From: Piscinibacter sp.
GTDB lineage: Bacteria > Pseudomonadota > Gammaproteobacteria > Burkholderiales > Burkholderiaceae_C
Strand: one strand, 5' to 3'
DNA length: 64,000 nucleotides
Assembly: GCF_041496605.1 (NCBI RefSeq)
Contig: NZ_JBGQEX010000003.1
The notes under the pieces were generated by a model. That model saw only the letters and a program-made list of their open reading frames with translations, did no database searches and was not told the DNA's origin. Below, piece by piece: positions 9,384 to 20,814 of this stretch. Each line of letters starts with the position of its first letter. The stretch's first letter is position 1. Position numbers and translations under genes: made by a program.

Positions 9384-9513
9384 GCCCAGTGCAGGGCCGG
9401 CGCGGCACGCCGCGACCGGGTGCCCACAGTTGACAACTGCTGCATTGGCTGCCGCTCACGTATGCTTGCGCGCGGGCCGAGCCGGATTCGGTCGCGCAGT
9501 GCAGGAGGCAAGC

Positions 9514-10128
9514 ATGTTCGGAGTGGCCGACTATGGCGCATTCGTCGCCGCGGTGATCGTGTTCCTGTTCATCCCGGGTCCGGGCAACCTGGCCCTCATC
9601 ACGTCCACCGGCAAGGGCGGTCGGCGCGGCGGATTCGCGGCGACCGCCGGGGTCATCGTCGGCGACCAGGTGCTGATGTGGCTTGCCGTGGCCGGCGTGG
9701 CGGCCGTACTGAAGGCGTCGCCATGGGCCTTCGGCGCGGTGCAATGGCTGGGCGCGGCGTACCTGGCGTGGATCGGCCTGCGCATGATCATTGCCCGGCC
9801 GGGCGACGCACCGGTCATCAACATCCGCCCGCGTCAGTACTTCCGGCAGGCGCTGGGCATCACGCTGCTGAATCCCAAGGCCATCGTGTTCTACATGGCG
9901 TTCTTCCCGCTCTTCGTCGACCCGGCACGCCACCAGGGCCTGCCGACCTTCGCCTTCATGGCCGCGACCATCGCCGCGTTGACCTTCCTTTACGCTGCTG
10001 CCGTGGTGCTGCTCACGCACCGGCTGGCCGACCGGTTGCGAGCGAGCCCGCGCATCACCCGGGCATTCAATCGGCTGGCCGGCGCGCTGTTGATCGGCTT
10101 CGGCGTCAAGCTCGCGCTGTCGAGGTGA
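9514..10128 (+). CDS. LysE/RhtB family amino-acid efflux protein
   Basis: ATG at 9514 preceded by GCAGGAGG. About 204 aa and hydrophobic, with FIPGPGNL and LLNPKAIVFY motifs typical of the LysE family. Confidence 0.9.
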   Translation: MFGVADYGAFVAAVIVFLFIPGPGNLALITSTGKGGRRGGFAATAGVIVGDQVLMWLAVAGVAAVLKASPWAFGAVQWLGAAYLAWIGLRMIIARPGDAPVINIRPRQYFRQALGITLLNPKAIVFYMAFFPLFVDPARHQGLPTFAFMAATIAALTFLYAAAVVLLTHRLADRLRASPRITRAFNRLAGALLIGFGVKLALSR

Positions 10129-10182
10129 GCTGGGACACCACACTGGCGCCACAATGGCGCTGAATTCGATCCACTGCACAAG

Positions 10183-11115
10183 GTGATGCCCACGCCCACC
10201 GCCCCCATCAAGACGCCGCTCGGCCAGGACGAACTGCGCCATCGCACACGCGGGCTCGGGCAGCGCCACCGCACGATACTGTTGCTGGTCGACGGCCGAC
10301 GCCCCGTCAGCGAAGTGCTCAGCCTGGCGCTCAAGGCCGGCGCCGAGACCAGCCATTTCGAGGAACTGGTGCGCCTCGGCCTGGTCGAGCTGCCGACCGA
10401 GGCGATGGCGCCCGAGCCGCGCGAGACGGCGCCCGGCAGCCTCGACCAGGTGCGCGTGACCAGCGTCGAGCTGGAAGTGCCCGAGGAACCCGAGGTTTCC
10501 GAGCTGCCGGAGACCGCGCCGCCGGTGGCCCTGGCGCCGCCGCCGTTGACCGATGTCGTCGAACCCGAGCTACCGGATGACGTCGGCACTCAGCTGCCCA
10601 TGGTTCACGACGAGCCGCCAGTGGCCCACGCCGAAGCGGCACCCGCTGCACCCCACGCTCCGCCCGTGCTGCGCATCGAAATCCTGCCGCCGCCGGCCCC
10701 CGCCGCGCGACCCGAGCCGGCTGCGCGACTGGAGCCGGTCGCGCGGCCCGCGCCAGTTCAGCGGCCAGTGGCTCGGCCGATGACCGCGCCGCAGACGTCA
10801 TTCACGCCGGTGGCCAGCAGCCCGGCCGTGCCGGTGCAGAAGGGTGACGATGCATGGCTGCAGCGGGTGCGCGAGCTGTTGGTCGACACGCTGCGCCTCG
10901 ACGCGCCGTTGTTCAGCGCGCGGACCTTCGTGCGCGTGCGCAGCGCGCAGTCGGCCACCGAGCTGATCGATCTGGTTTGGGAGATCGAACACCACCTGAG
11001 CCACGCGCGCCATTCGCGCAGTGAGTTGATCAGCCTGCAACGTGCCCGCGAAATGCTGGGATTGGGCAATACGCTGGTCGCCTACGACAGCGAGCCGGGG
11101 CCCGACGACTGGTAG
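10183..11115 (+). CDS. hypothetical protein with Pro/Ala-rich central region
   Basis: 310-aa ORF with GC3 bias. The structured N-terminus (LLLVDGRRPVSEVLSLA...LVRLGLVE) and C-terminus are separated by low-complexity PEPAAR-type repeats. Confidence 0.55.
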   Translation: MMPTPTAPIKTPLGQDELRHRTRGLGQRHRTILLLVDGRRPVSEVLSLALKAGAETSHFEELVRLGLVELPTEAMAPEPRETAPGSLDQVRVTSVELEVPEEPEVSELPETAPPVALAPPPLTDVVEPELPDDVGTQLPMVHDEPPVAHAEAAPAAPHAPPVLRIEILPPPAPAARPEPAARLEPVARPAPVQRPVARPMTAPQTSFTPVASSPAVPVQKGDDAWLQRVRELLVDTLRLDAPLFSARTFVRVRSAQSATELIDLVWEIEHHLSHARHSRSELISLQRAREMLGLGNTLVAYDSEPGPDDW

Positions 11116-11144
11116 GAGCGGCCTCGACGCTGGCTGATGGGTTC

Positions 11145-11543
11145 TCAGCTGACGATGCGTGCGCCGCGCTCGTTGAACAGCGCGCGCAGCACCGATCGAT
11201 GGCAGCGGGTTTCGTCGTCGCAATAGCATCCGAGCGACAGGTTCGTGCGTTGTGACAACGCAGCCAGCAGGTCGAGCAGGTGGCTCGCGTCGGGCTCGTT
11301 CATCGCGTTGCGAAAGCGTTTGGCAAAGGTGGTCCAGGCCTGCTCGTCGCCGTCGGCCACCGCCTGCTGTGCCAACTTCATCAGCTCCACGCTCGGTGCC
11401 AGCATCGGCAGCCACACGTCGTAGTAGTCGCGCGACGCGAACTCCGCCTTGGGTACACCGCGCGGCGGCCTGCGCACGCTGCCCAGGCGCAGCCCTTCGT
11501 CCGCGGCGCGCGGCGTGCCGAGTTGCAGGATTCGCAGGGCCAT
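11145..11543 (-). CDS. DUF488 family protein
   Basis: WLPMLAPSVEL and LGCYCDDETRCHRSVL motifs, characteristic of the DUF488 (YeaO-like) family. Confidence 0.8.
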   Translation of the reverse strand: MALRILQLGTPRAADEGLRLGSVRRPPRGVPKAEFASRDYYDVWLPMLAPSVELMKLAQQAVADGDEQAWTTFAKRFRNAMNEPDASHLLDLLAALSQRTNLSLGCYCDDETRCHRSVLRALFNERGARIVS

Positions 11544-11623
11544 GTCAGTGCGGGCGCGAGTCTGTCAATGTTAGGGTAGCCTGCCATGAAACATCCGCCA
11601 GGTCGAAATCGAACTTTCCCGCA

Positions 11624-12211
11624 ATGAGCACCGACATCCACCCTGACCCCGAACTGGCCATTGCCGAGACGCGCGCCTGGCTGATTCGCGCCGTGATCGG
11701 TCTGAACCTGTGCCCGTTCGCTCGCGCCGTGCAGGCCAAGAACCAGATTCGCTATGTGGTGAGCGACGCCACCGAGCCGCAAGCCTTGCTCGACACGCTG
11801 CGCGGCGAGCTGCGGCGTCTGGCCGATGCCGACCCGGCCGAGATCGAGACCACCTTGCTGGTCCACCCGCAGGTGCTGACCGACTTCCTCGACTACAACG
11901 ATTTCCTGGACCTGGCCGACGCGGCGGTCGAAGACCTCGGCTACGCCGGCGTGTTGCAGGTGGCGAGCTTCCACCCGCTGTACCAGTTCGCGGGCACGGC
12001 GGCCGATGACGTGAGCAACGCCAGCAACCGCTCGCCGTACCCGATGCTGCATTTGCTGCGAGAGGAGAGTGTCGACCGCGCGGTGGCGGCATTCCCGCAA
12101 GCGGACGCGATCTACGAAACGAACATCCGCACGCTGCAGGCGCTGGGGGCGGAAGGCTGGGCGGAACTGCAGGCGCAAATCAAGTGCGACGTCGTAGACG
12201 GGAAACGGTAA
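11624..12211 (+). CDS. DUF1415 domain protein
   Basis: ATG at 11624 within ORF 11252-12211. The GLNLCPFA motif and ~195 aa size match my recollection of DUF1415. Confidence 0.65.
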   Translation: MSTDIHPDPELAIAETRAWLIRAVIGLNLCPFARAVQAKNQIRYVVSDATEPQALLDTLRGELRRLADADPAEIETTLLVHPQVLTDFLDYNDFLDLADAAVEDLGYAGVLQVASFHPLYQFAGTAADDVSNASNRSPYPMLHLLREESVDRAVAAFPQADAIYETNIRTLQALGAEGWAELQAQIKCDVVDGKR

Positions 12212-12303
12212 TTTCGCAGTACACGCGCCGTGCCGCGGCGGCTACCATGGGGGTCAACTAGACCCTCGTTCGATGGGTCTGACCGAGGCGCCTGCACCAT
12301 CGC

Positions 12304-12591
12304 ATGACCATGATTGAAAAGTTGTTCGCCGGCGTCGCGCTGGCTGTGTGTGTGGTCCTGCTGGTTCGACTGTGCCTGGGCACACGTCGCCAGCAGCGCT
12401 TTGACGCGGCCGTGCGTCGGGCGACACAGGCGTGCCGGCGTGGGGCGCTGCGGATCTACCGCTGGCGTTCGTCGCGCCGCGAGGCAGAGCGCGTCGCCGA
12501 GGAGGCGATACGCCGTGCCCAAGAGGGTGTCCAGCGCGACGGCAACGTGTACCGGCCGCGCTCGTTTCGCGGGCCGCGCAAGCCGCACTGA
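12304..12591 (+). CDS. small membrane-anchored Arg-rich hypothetical protein (95 aa)
   Basis: One N-terminal TM segment (LFAGVALAVCVVLLVRLCL) followed by a basic tail. Coding status is uncertain. Confidence 0.4.
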   Translation: MTMIEKLFAGVALAVCVVLLVRLCLGTRRQQRFDAAVRRATQACRRGALRIYRWRSSRREAERVAEEAIRRAQEGVQRDGNVYRPRSFRGPRKPH

Positions 12592-12594
12592 GGA

Positions 12595-12613
12595 GCGCCC
12601 GTGGGCCGGGCGC
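12595..12613. terminator. short hairpin in the convergent spacer before the glnS stop
   Basis: GCGCCCG-TGGGC-CGGGCGC, a 7-bp stem. Confidence 0.25.
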
Positions 12614-12639
12614 CGGTGCTTGCGACTACACCGGCTGCT

Positions 12640-14706
<2,067 letters not shown>

Positions 14707-14926
14707 GGGCGGTGGCTACAAGGGCAGGGCACTGTCTGCCCGGGGCGAGCGTCGGTGCGGCCCATTCTATTCGTGGGGTCGGCAGCCGGGTGTGCGTGCC
14801 TGGACTCTGCGCAGCGCAGTTCCGTTTACGTGTCTTTACGTCGGCGACGCTGCCCGCCGTCAACGTGTCCCGGGGGCAGCCGCGTTGTCTGAGGGCGCGC
14901 AACATTGCGCAGAAACGGAGCAACTC

Positions 14927-15379
14927 GTGAAGAAGCTATTCGCCATCGCGCTCGCCACCGCCACCTGTGCATTGGCTTCCGGTGCCGCACAGGCCGGCAA
15001 CGTGTATTGGTCCATCGGCATCAGCGCGCCGCCGATCGGGACCGTGATCTCCAACGCACCGGTCTATAGCGAGCCGGCACCCGCGTATTACCCCGCGCCG
15101 GTCTACGTTCCGCCGCCGGTCGTGTACCGCCCTGCGCCGGTCGTGGTCGCTCCGAACCCGGTGTACTACGGCACTGCGCCGGTGGCGTACGGCGGCTGGC
15201 AGCGGGTCGGCTACTACCCGCGTGAATGGCAGCACTGGAACTACGAGCAGCGCCGCCACTGGGAAGAACGCCAACGCTGGGAACAGCGCCACGATCGGCA
15301 CGACGAATACGGTGAACGCCACGACGACAGGCGCTGGGCGCCGGTGCCGGCGGACCCGCGCCGTCGCTCTCACGATTGA
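14927..15379 (+). CDS. secreted low-complexity protein (Pro/Val/Tyr-rich, then Trp/Arg/His/Glu-rich)
   Basis: GTG at 14927 preceded by AACGGAG, followed by a signal peptide (KKLFAIALATATCALASGAAQA). See the findings. Confidence 0.55.
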   Translation: MKKLFAIALATATCALASGAAQAGNVYWSIGISAPPIGTVISNAPVYSEPAPAYYPAPVYVPPPVVYRPAPVVVAPNPVYYGTAPVAYGGWQRVGYYPREWQHWNYEQRRHWEERQRWEQRHDRHDEYGERHDDRRWAPVPADPRRRSHD

Positions 15380-15420
15380 CCCGGCCCGGGCCGCCTCACG
15401 CGGCCCGGCGTTCGTTGCGC

Positions 15421-15444
15421 GGGGTGGGCCGAACGGCCCACCCC
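15421..15444. terminator. perfect 10-bp hairpin between convergent genes
   Basis: GGGGTGGGCC-GAAC-GGCCCACCCC, lying between the stop at 15379 (+) and the stop at 15461 (-). Confidence 0.5.
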
Positions 15445-15460
15445 GTTCACATTGCGGCAC

Positions 15461-16291
15461 TCACATCGGCTTGAACAGGTGCGCGTACATGCGGCTCACC
15501 ATCAGCTTGTCGGCGTGACCGCGCAGCGTCAGCGTGATCTTGCCGGCCTCGTCGCGCAGCGCGGTGGCAATCGCATCGCAGCGCACCACGGTGCCGCGGT
15601 GGATCTGCCAGAAACGCTGCGCGTCGAGCTGCGGCTGCAATTCGCGCAGCGAGATTCGGATCAGGTGTTCGCGCTCGGCCGTGATCACGCGCACGTACTT
15701 GTCTGCCGCCTCGAAGTACAGCACGTCGTCCACCGGCACCATGTGGATCGCGTTCCCGACGCTGGCCTGGATCACGCGCAGCGGGCTGGCCGGCGGCGCC
15801 GCTGCGGCTTGCCCCATCACGCCGCCGCCGACGAGCCCGCGCAACTGCTCGATCACCGCGCTCAAGGCGGGCGCGTCGACTTGCTGGCGTGCGCGCAGGC
15901 GCAGCGCTGACTGCAGGCGCGCACAGGTTTGCGCCAGTCGATCGGGTTGCACCGGCTTCAACACGTAGTCCACCGCCGCGCGCTCGAACGCCTGCAGTGC
16001 GTACTGGTCGTAGGCCGTCACGAACACGATCAACGGGAACGGTTTCGTTTGTGCACTCGTCTCGGGCCAGTCCTCGGCCAGCGCCTGCGCCGCTTCGAGC
16101 CCCGACATGCCGGGCATGCGAATGTCGAGAAACAGCAGGTCGGGTTGCAATGCCAGCGTTTGGGTGAGCGCGGCCTCGCCGTGGCCCACGGTGGCGACGA
16201 TGCTCAGCTCGGGCCACAGGCGGGCCAGTTCCGCCTGCAGGTTTGCCGCCAGCAGGGGTTCGTCTTCGGCAATCAGTGCAGTGGCGTTCAT
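15461..16291 (-). CDS. LytR/AlgR family response regulator (REC + LytTR)
   Basis: The REC domain (ALIAEDEPLL...LFLDIRMPGMSG) and a C-terminal LytTR domain (YFEAADKYVRV...LRELQ...FWQIHRG). The ATG at 16291 overlaps the kinase stop (ATGA). Confidence 0.9.
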   Translation of the reverse strand: MNATALIAEDEPLLAANLQAELARLWPELSIVATVGHGEAALTQTLALQPDLLFLDIRMPGMSGLEAAQALAEDWPETSAQTKPFPLIVFVTAYDQYALQAFERAAVDYVLKPVQPDRLAQTCARLQSALRLRARQQVDAPALSAVIEQLRGLVGGGVMGQAAAAPPASPLRVIQASVGNAIHMVPVDDVLYFEAADKYVRVITAEREHLIRISLRELQPQLDAQRFWQIHRGTVVRCDAIATALRDEAGKITLTLRGHADKLMVSRMYAHLFKPM

Positions 16292-17370
16292 GGTGTCGTG
16301 ACAGGAATTCGAACGGTGGCGAGCGTGCCGCCCTCGGCGTCGGCGGCCGGCTCCAGTTCCAGCGTGGCGGCCGCGCCGTACAACGCGCCAAGCCGCTCGC
16401 GCACCTGCTGCAGCCCGAAGCGGGTGCTGTCCACCGATGGCTCGTTCAGGCCGGCGCCGGTGTCGCGCACGTCCAGCACCAGTTGTGCGCCGTCGAGCCG
16501 GGCGCTCACGCTCACGCGGCCGCCGTTCACGTGTGGCTCCAAACCGTGCTTGATGGCGTTTTCCACCAGCGGCTGCAGCAGCAGCGGCGGCACGGGCCGG
16601 TCGGCAAGACCGGGCGGCAGGTCGAAGCTGGCGTCGAGACGGTCGCCCATGCGGACTTTCATCAGGTCGAGGTAGTCGGCCACACGGGCGAACTCGGCCG
16701 ACAGCGGGTGCAGCGACGCGCGTGATGCACCGAGCGTGGCGCGCAGGAAGGCGATCAGGTGGTCGAGCATGGCTTGTGCGCGCGGCGGGTCGGTGCCGAT
16801 CAGCACCCGCAGGTTGGCCAGCGTGTTGAACAGCATGTGCGGCTCGAGCTGCGACTCCACCAGCTTGAGCTGGTGTTCCGCGGCGATGCGCTGCGCGGCC
16901 TGCGTGCGCGCTTCCATTGCGGCCATTCGGCCACGCGCATAGAAGACATAGGTGCAGCCGATGGAGACGACGAAGGTCACCGCCAGGATGAGAAACAAGG
17001 CGCGTGGGCCGTGCAGCGGCAGGCCGGATGTTCGTTGCACGCCGGTCAGCAGGTCGCCCAGCGAGTGGCCGGCGAAGTAGCCGACCACCGCAGACACGAC
17101 GATCCATGGCCCCATCACGCCCCAGCCCGGCCAGTTGTGTTGCGCGCCGAGGTTGTCGGGCGCACGTTTGCGCAGTCGATAGGCCATCCCGAAGCGGCCC
17201 GCTTCGATCAGCCCCTGAATGATCGCCCCGATGCAAAGCGAGTAGACCAGCGTGATGCCGAACGGGTTGCCCAAGGTCACGCTCATGAAGAAGGCGATGC
17301 ACACCGCCAACACGATGCCGATTCTCAGCTCGCGCCAGAGCAGCTGCCGTAGGGTGTAGGTGGGGATCAT
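16288..17370 (-). CDS. LytS/YehU-type sensor histidine kinase
   Basis: Multiple N-terminal TM helices, a His_kinase box (LEPHMLFNTLANL) and an HATPase_c region (LLLQPLVENAIKHG...DTGAG). Confidence 0.9.
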   Translation of the reverse strand: MIPTYTLRQLLWRELRIGIVLAVCIAFFMSVTLGNPFGITLVYSLCIGAIIQGLIEAGRFGMAYRLRKRAPDNLGAQHNWPGWGVMGPWIVVSAVVGYFAGHSLGDLLTGVQRTSGLPLHGPRALFLILAVTFVVSIGCTYVFYARGRMAAMEARTQAAQRIAAEHQLKLVESQLEPHMLFNTLANLRVLIGTDPPRAQAMLDHLIAFLRATLGASRASLHPLSAEFARVADYLDLMKVRMGDRLDASFDLPPGLADRPVPPLLLQPLVENAIKHGLEPHVNGGRVSVSARLDGAQLVLDVRDTGAGLNEPSVDSTRFGLQQVRERLGALYGAAATLELEPAADAEGGTLATVRIPVTTP

Positions 17371-17394
17371 GCTGCGAGCCGCCGCGGCTTCGGG

Positions 17395-18306
17395 TCAGCC
17401 GCGAGCCGTTTCGGCGGTGCCCGGTGCCGCCTCACGCCGGCGTGCGCGCAGCTCTGCGGTGGTGCTGCCGGGACCGTGCGGCGCCCAGCCCGGCGGCATG
17501 AACAAGGCACCGAAGAACGCGCGCAGGCTGCGCGCTTGGGCCAGGTCGCGCAGCAGGCTCGCCCATTGCGCGAACTCGATCCACAGCGGGTTGTAGCTCG
17601 TCATCGGATGCACGAGGCCATAGCGGCAGTGCAGGTCGTCGCGTTCACGCACGTAGGTGCCGAACAGGCGGTCGAACACGATCAGCACACCGCCGTAGTT
17701 GGCGTCCAGGTACTCGGGGTTGGACGCGTGGTGCACGCGGTGCGCCGACGGCGTGTTGAGCACGTACTCGAGCCAGCCCAGCCGGGGAATCCAAGTGGCG
17801 TGAATCCAGAATTGATAGAGCAGGTTCAGGCTCAGCACGGCAAACACGATGCGTGGGTGGAAGCCGAGCCAGATCAAGGGCACGAAGAACAGCGTGGTGC
17901 CGGTCAACTTGCCGAACACGCCGACGCGATACGCCGCCGACAGATTGAGCTGGTTCGGCGAGTGATGCACCGCGTGATTGCCCCAGAACCAGCGCACGCG
18001 ATGCGCCGCGCGGTGGTACCAGTAGTAGCAGAACTCCTGGCCGACAAAGAGCACCAGCACGGCCACCCAGGTGTCGAGTTCGATGGTCGCGACGCGATGC
18101 CGGACGGCCCATATCACCAGCGGCGTGGCGATCGACAGCGGCACGAAGAGCCCCACCGCGATGCGCGCCACCAGGTCGAATGCCGACACACCGAGGGCCC
18201 GCCAGTCGTAATGAGCGCGCCGCGACAACACGACAGCTTCGATCAGCGACAGCACGAAGACGGCCGGCGCGGCAACGAACAGCAGGAACTTCTCGAGCGG
18301 GCTCAT
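17395..18306 (-). CDS. sterol desaturase / fatty-acid hydroxylase superfamily membrane protein
   Basis: Histidine boxes HRAAH, HAVHH and HRVHH within a polytopic membrane protein. Confidence 0.85.
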   Translation of the reverse strand: MSPLEKFLLFVAAPAVFVLSLIEAVVLSRRAHYDWRALGVSAFDLVARIAVGLFVPLSIATPLVIWAVRHRVATIELDTWVAVLVLFVGQEFCYYWYHRAAHRVRWFWGNHAVHHSPNQLNLSAAYRVGVFGKLTGTTLFFVPLIWLGFHPRIVFAVLSLNLLYQFWIHATWIPRLGWLEYVLNTPSAHRVHHASNPEYLDANYGGVLIVFDRLFGTYVRERDDLHCRYGLVHPMTSYNPLWIEFAQWASLLRDLAQARSLRAFFGALFMPPGWAPHGPGSTTAELRARRREAAPGTAETARG

Positions 18307-18667
18307 GGGGCGATGGTTTCGTCAGAGGCGTTGCAGTGTGCCGCGGCTTGGCCGGCGGCGCCAGCGCGCTGCGACAGCCCGACACGACAAGGCCGCGAAA
18401 CGCCGCCCGATGGCGCGAAATGCACCCGACTGCGCGGCGCGTTGCGCCGGCGCCGTTCGCGCGGTGACAGCCGCGTGGCCGCGGAGTGTGAAGTTTTGGC
18501 CGTCGGCAGCGGAATCCCCATCCGGCACAGGGCGGCGACACAGGCCCCCTTCCTATAATGCGGAAGAGAAATCGTGTCGCTGAGCACACGGAAGGGGGAA
18601 GTGTGGTTCGTGGTGCTCTTGCACTGAGGGGTCGGGTCTGCATCGGACCGGACCGCTTTGATTCGCC

Positions 18668-19414
18668 GTGGGGGATGGGGTGAACCTCGACTTCACGGTT
18701 CGTCGCTGGTCGGCCTGGGCGCCGGGGCTGGCGTCGGCACCGCAATGGCTGGCGTGGGCGCATGAGCCCAGCACGCCAGAGGGTGACGACCAGCCGGCGC
18801 TTGCCGAGATGCCGTCGATGCTGCGCCGCCGCATGAATCGCCTGGGCCGCATGGCGCTGCAGTCCAGCTGGGATTGCCAGCTCGATGACCTCGCCATGCC
18901 GACGGTGTTCGCCTCGCGCTACGGTGACGTGGGCCGCTCGCTGGCCCTGCTCGAAGACCTGGCGCGCGATGCCGTGGTGTCGCCCAACGGCTTCAGCCTG
19001 TCGGTTCACAACGCGATCGGCGCGATGTATTCCATTGCACGCGCCGACCGCAGCAACGCCATCTGCGTGGCCGCCGGCCGCGCCAGTGCGGCGGCCGGGC
19101 TGGTCGAGGCAGTAGGCTTACTGGCCGACGGCGCCCCCGAAGTGCTGCTGGTCTGTTACGACGAAGCCTTGCCCGCCGACTACGCCGACTTTCGCGACGA
19201 ACCGCCGTGCGTCTGGGCCTGGGCCTGGCGCGTCGCGCGCCCCGGCGCGAGCGAGCGCCGGCTGAGCCTGCGCGCGCTCTCGTCCGGCACGCACGAAGCC
19301 GCGCCCGCGGGGCTGCCGGCATCGCTCGACGTGATGCGCTATTTCCTCGCCGGCGACGCCTCGCTCATGCAGCACATCGATGGCCGGTGCTGGGACTGGC
19401 AGCGCCATGACTGA
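18668..19414 (+). CDS. beta-ketoacyl synthase chain-length-factor-like protein (ApeC-like)
   Basis: About 245 aa KS-N-like protein lacking a catalytic Cys context (WSAWAPG...FSLSVHNA). It is the first gene of the cluster. Start is either the GTG at 18668 or the GTG at 18680. Confidence 0.65.
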   Translation: MGDGVNLDFTVRRWSAWAPGLASAPQWLAWAHEPSTPEGDDQPALAEMPSMLRRRMNRLGRMALQSSWDCQLDDLAMPTVFASRYGDVGRSLALLEDLARDAVVSPNGFSLSVHNAIGAMYSIARADRSNAICVAAGRASAAAGLVEAVGLLADGAPEVLLVCYDEALPADYADFRDEPPCVWAWAWRVARPGASERRLSLRALSSGTHEAAPAGLPASLDVMRYFLAGDASLMQHIDGRCWDWQRHD

Positions 19415-20267
19415 GCGTTTGCCCCCGGCCACGGAATACCGTGGCCACCCCCCGAGGGTGTTCAGTCCCGGTTTGGGGCGGCCCGGCGCCGTGACTGAGC
19501 GCCTCGATCGCTACTGGCGCATCTGCGCCACCGGGCTGTGCTTCTCCGGCTTCGGCATCGGCGGCTTGTGTCTGCGCCTGATCGCCTTTCCGCTGCTGCG
19601 CCTGGCGGTGTGGCCGCAACCGCGCCGCACCGCGGTGGCACGCTGGCTGGTCCATGCGTCAATGCGCTCCTTCGTCTGGCTGATGCGCACCCTGGGCGTG
19701 CTGAGCTACGACGTGCGCGGCGCCGAGAAGTTGCGGCGCGGGGGGCTGCTGGTGCTCGCGAACCATCCGTCGCTGATCGACGTGGTGTTTCTGATCTCGC
19801 TGGTGCGCCGCCCCGACTGCGTCGTCAAAGCGCCGCTGCTGCGCAACGCCTTCACGCGCGGGCCGGTGCGCATGGCCGGCTTCATCTGCAACGACTCGGG
19901 TGCTGGTCTGGTCGACGACGCCATCGCCTCGCTGCGCGCCGGCAACAACCTCATCATCTTTCCCGAGGGCACGCGCACACCGTTGTCGGGCGAGTTGCGG
20001 CTGCAGCGCGGCGCGGCCAACGTGGCGGTGCGCGGCGGCATCGACATCACGCCGGTCGTGATCCGCTGCCGCCCGCCCACGTTGACCAAGGGCGAGAAGT
20101 GGTATCACGTACCCTACCGGCGCGCGCACTTCGATATCGTCGTCGGTGACGACATCGCCGTGAGGCCGTTTCTTGACAATCCCGCCGGCGACGCGCTTGC
20201 CGCGCGACGCCTTACCGACACCCTGGCCGAATACTTTGCCCTGGAGCTTGCCCGTGCCGACGCTTGA
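19407..20267 (+). CDS. lysophospholipid (PlsC-type) acyltransferase (ApeD-like)
   Basis: HX4D motif (NHPSLIDV) and the FPEGTRT motif. The ATG at 19407 overlaps the upstream stop. Confidence 0.85.
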   Translation: MTERLPPATEYRGHPPRVFSPGLGRPGAVTERLDRYWRICATGLCFSGFGIGGLCLRLIAFPLLRLAVWPQPRRTAVARWLVHASMRSFVWLMRTLGVLSYDVRGAEKLRRGGLLVLANHPSLIDVVFLISLVRRPDCVVKAPLLRNAFTRGPVRMAGFICNDSGAGLVDDAIASLRAGNNLIIFPEGTRTPLSGELRLQRGAANVAVRGGIDITPVVIRCRPPTLTKGEKWYHVPYRRAHFDIVVGDDIAVRPFLDNPAGDALAARRLTDTLAEYFALELARADA

Positions 20268-20514
20268 GCTGGAAATCAAGGAACTCATCATCTCTTCGCT
20301 GGCACTGGAAGACATGGCGCCCGACGATATCGATGCCGCCGAACCCTTGTTCGTCGAAGGGCTCGGGCTCGATTCGATCGACGCGTTGGAGTTGGGCCTG
20401 GCGCTGCAAAAGCGCTACGGCGTCACGATGAACGCCGATGCCGAGGTCACACGCCAACATTTCTCGAGCGTCAATGCGCTGGTGGCCTTTGTTTCCAGCC
20501 AACGGGTCCGCTAA
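20254..20514 (+). CDS. acyl carrier protein 1
   Basis: Phosphopantetheine attachment motif (GLDSIDALEL). The GTG at 20254 overlaps the upstream gene. Confidence 0.8.
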   Translation: MPTLELEIKELIISSLALEDMAPDDIDAAEPLFVEGLGLDSIDALELGLALQKRYGVTMNADAEVTRQHFSSVNALVAFVSSQRVR

Positions 20515-20544
20515 GTCGCATCGCTTTCACCTGATCGTGCCGCC

Positions 20545-20802
20545 ATGACCAAAGACGATATCCACTCCAAGATGGTCGAGATCCTGCAGGAGACCTTCGA
20601 CATCGAGCCGGCGCGCGTGCGACCCGAGTCGCTGCTCTACGACGATCTCGACATCGACAGCATCGACGCGGTCGACCTGATCGTGCGCTTGCGGCCGTTG
20701 GTCGGCCGCCGCCTGCAGCCCGAGGCCTTCAAGAGCGTGCGCACGGTGCAAGATGTGGTCGATGCGCTGTACCGCCTGATGAATGACGCAGCTGCGGCTT
20801 GA
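20545..20802 (+). CDS. acyl carrier protein 2
   Basis: DIDSIDAVDL motif in an 85-aa protein. Confidence 0.85.
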   Translation: MTKDDIHSKMVEILQETFDIEPARVRPESLLYDDLDIDSIDAVDLIVRLRPLVGRRLQPEAFKSVRTVQDVVDALYRLMNDAAAA

Positions 20803-20814
20803 GGTTGTCTAGCA

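Noticed and set aside
18554-18559. TATAAT hexamer upstream of the pigment cluster as a sigma-70 promoter
   Set aside because: There is no acceptable -35 element at 16-18 bp spacing; the nearest TTGACA-like GCGACA is only 13 bp away. It is mentioned in a finding but not listed as a feature.
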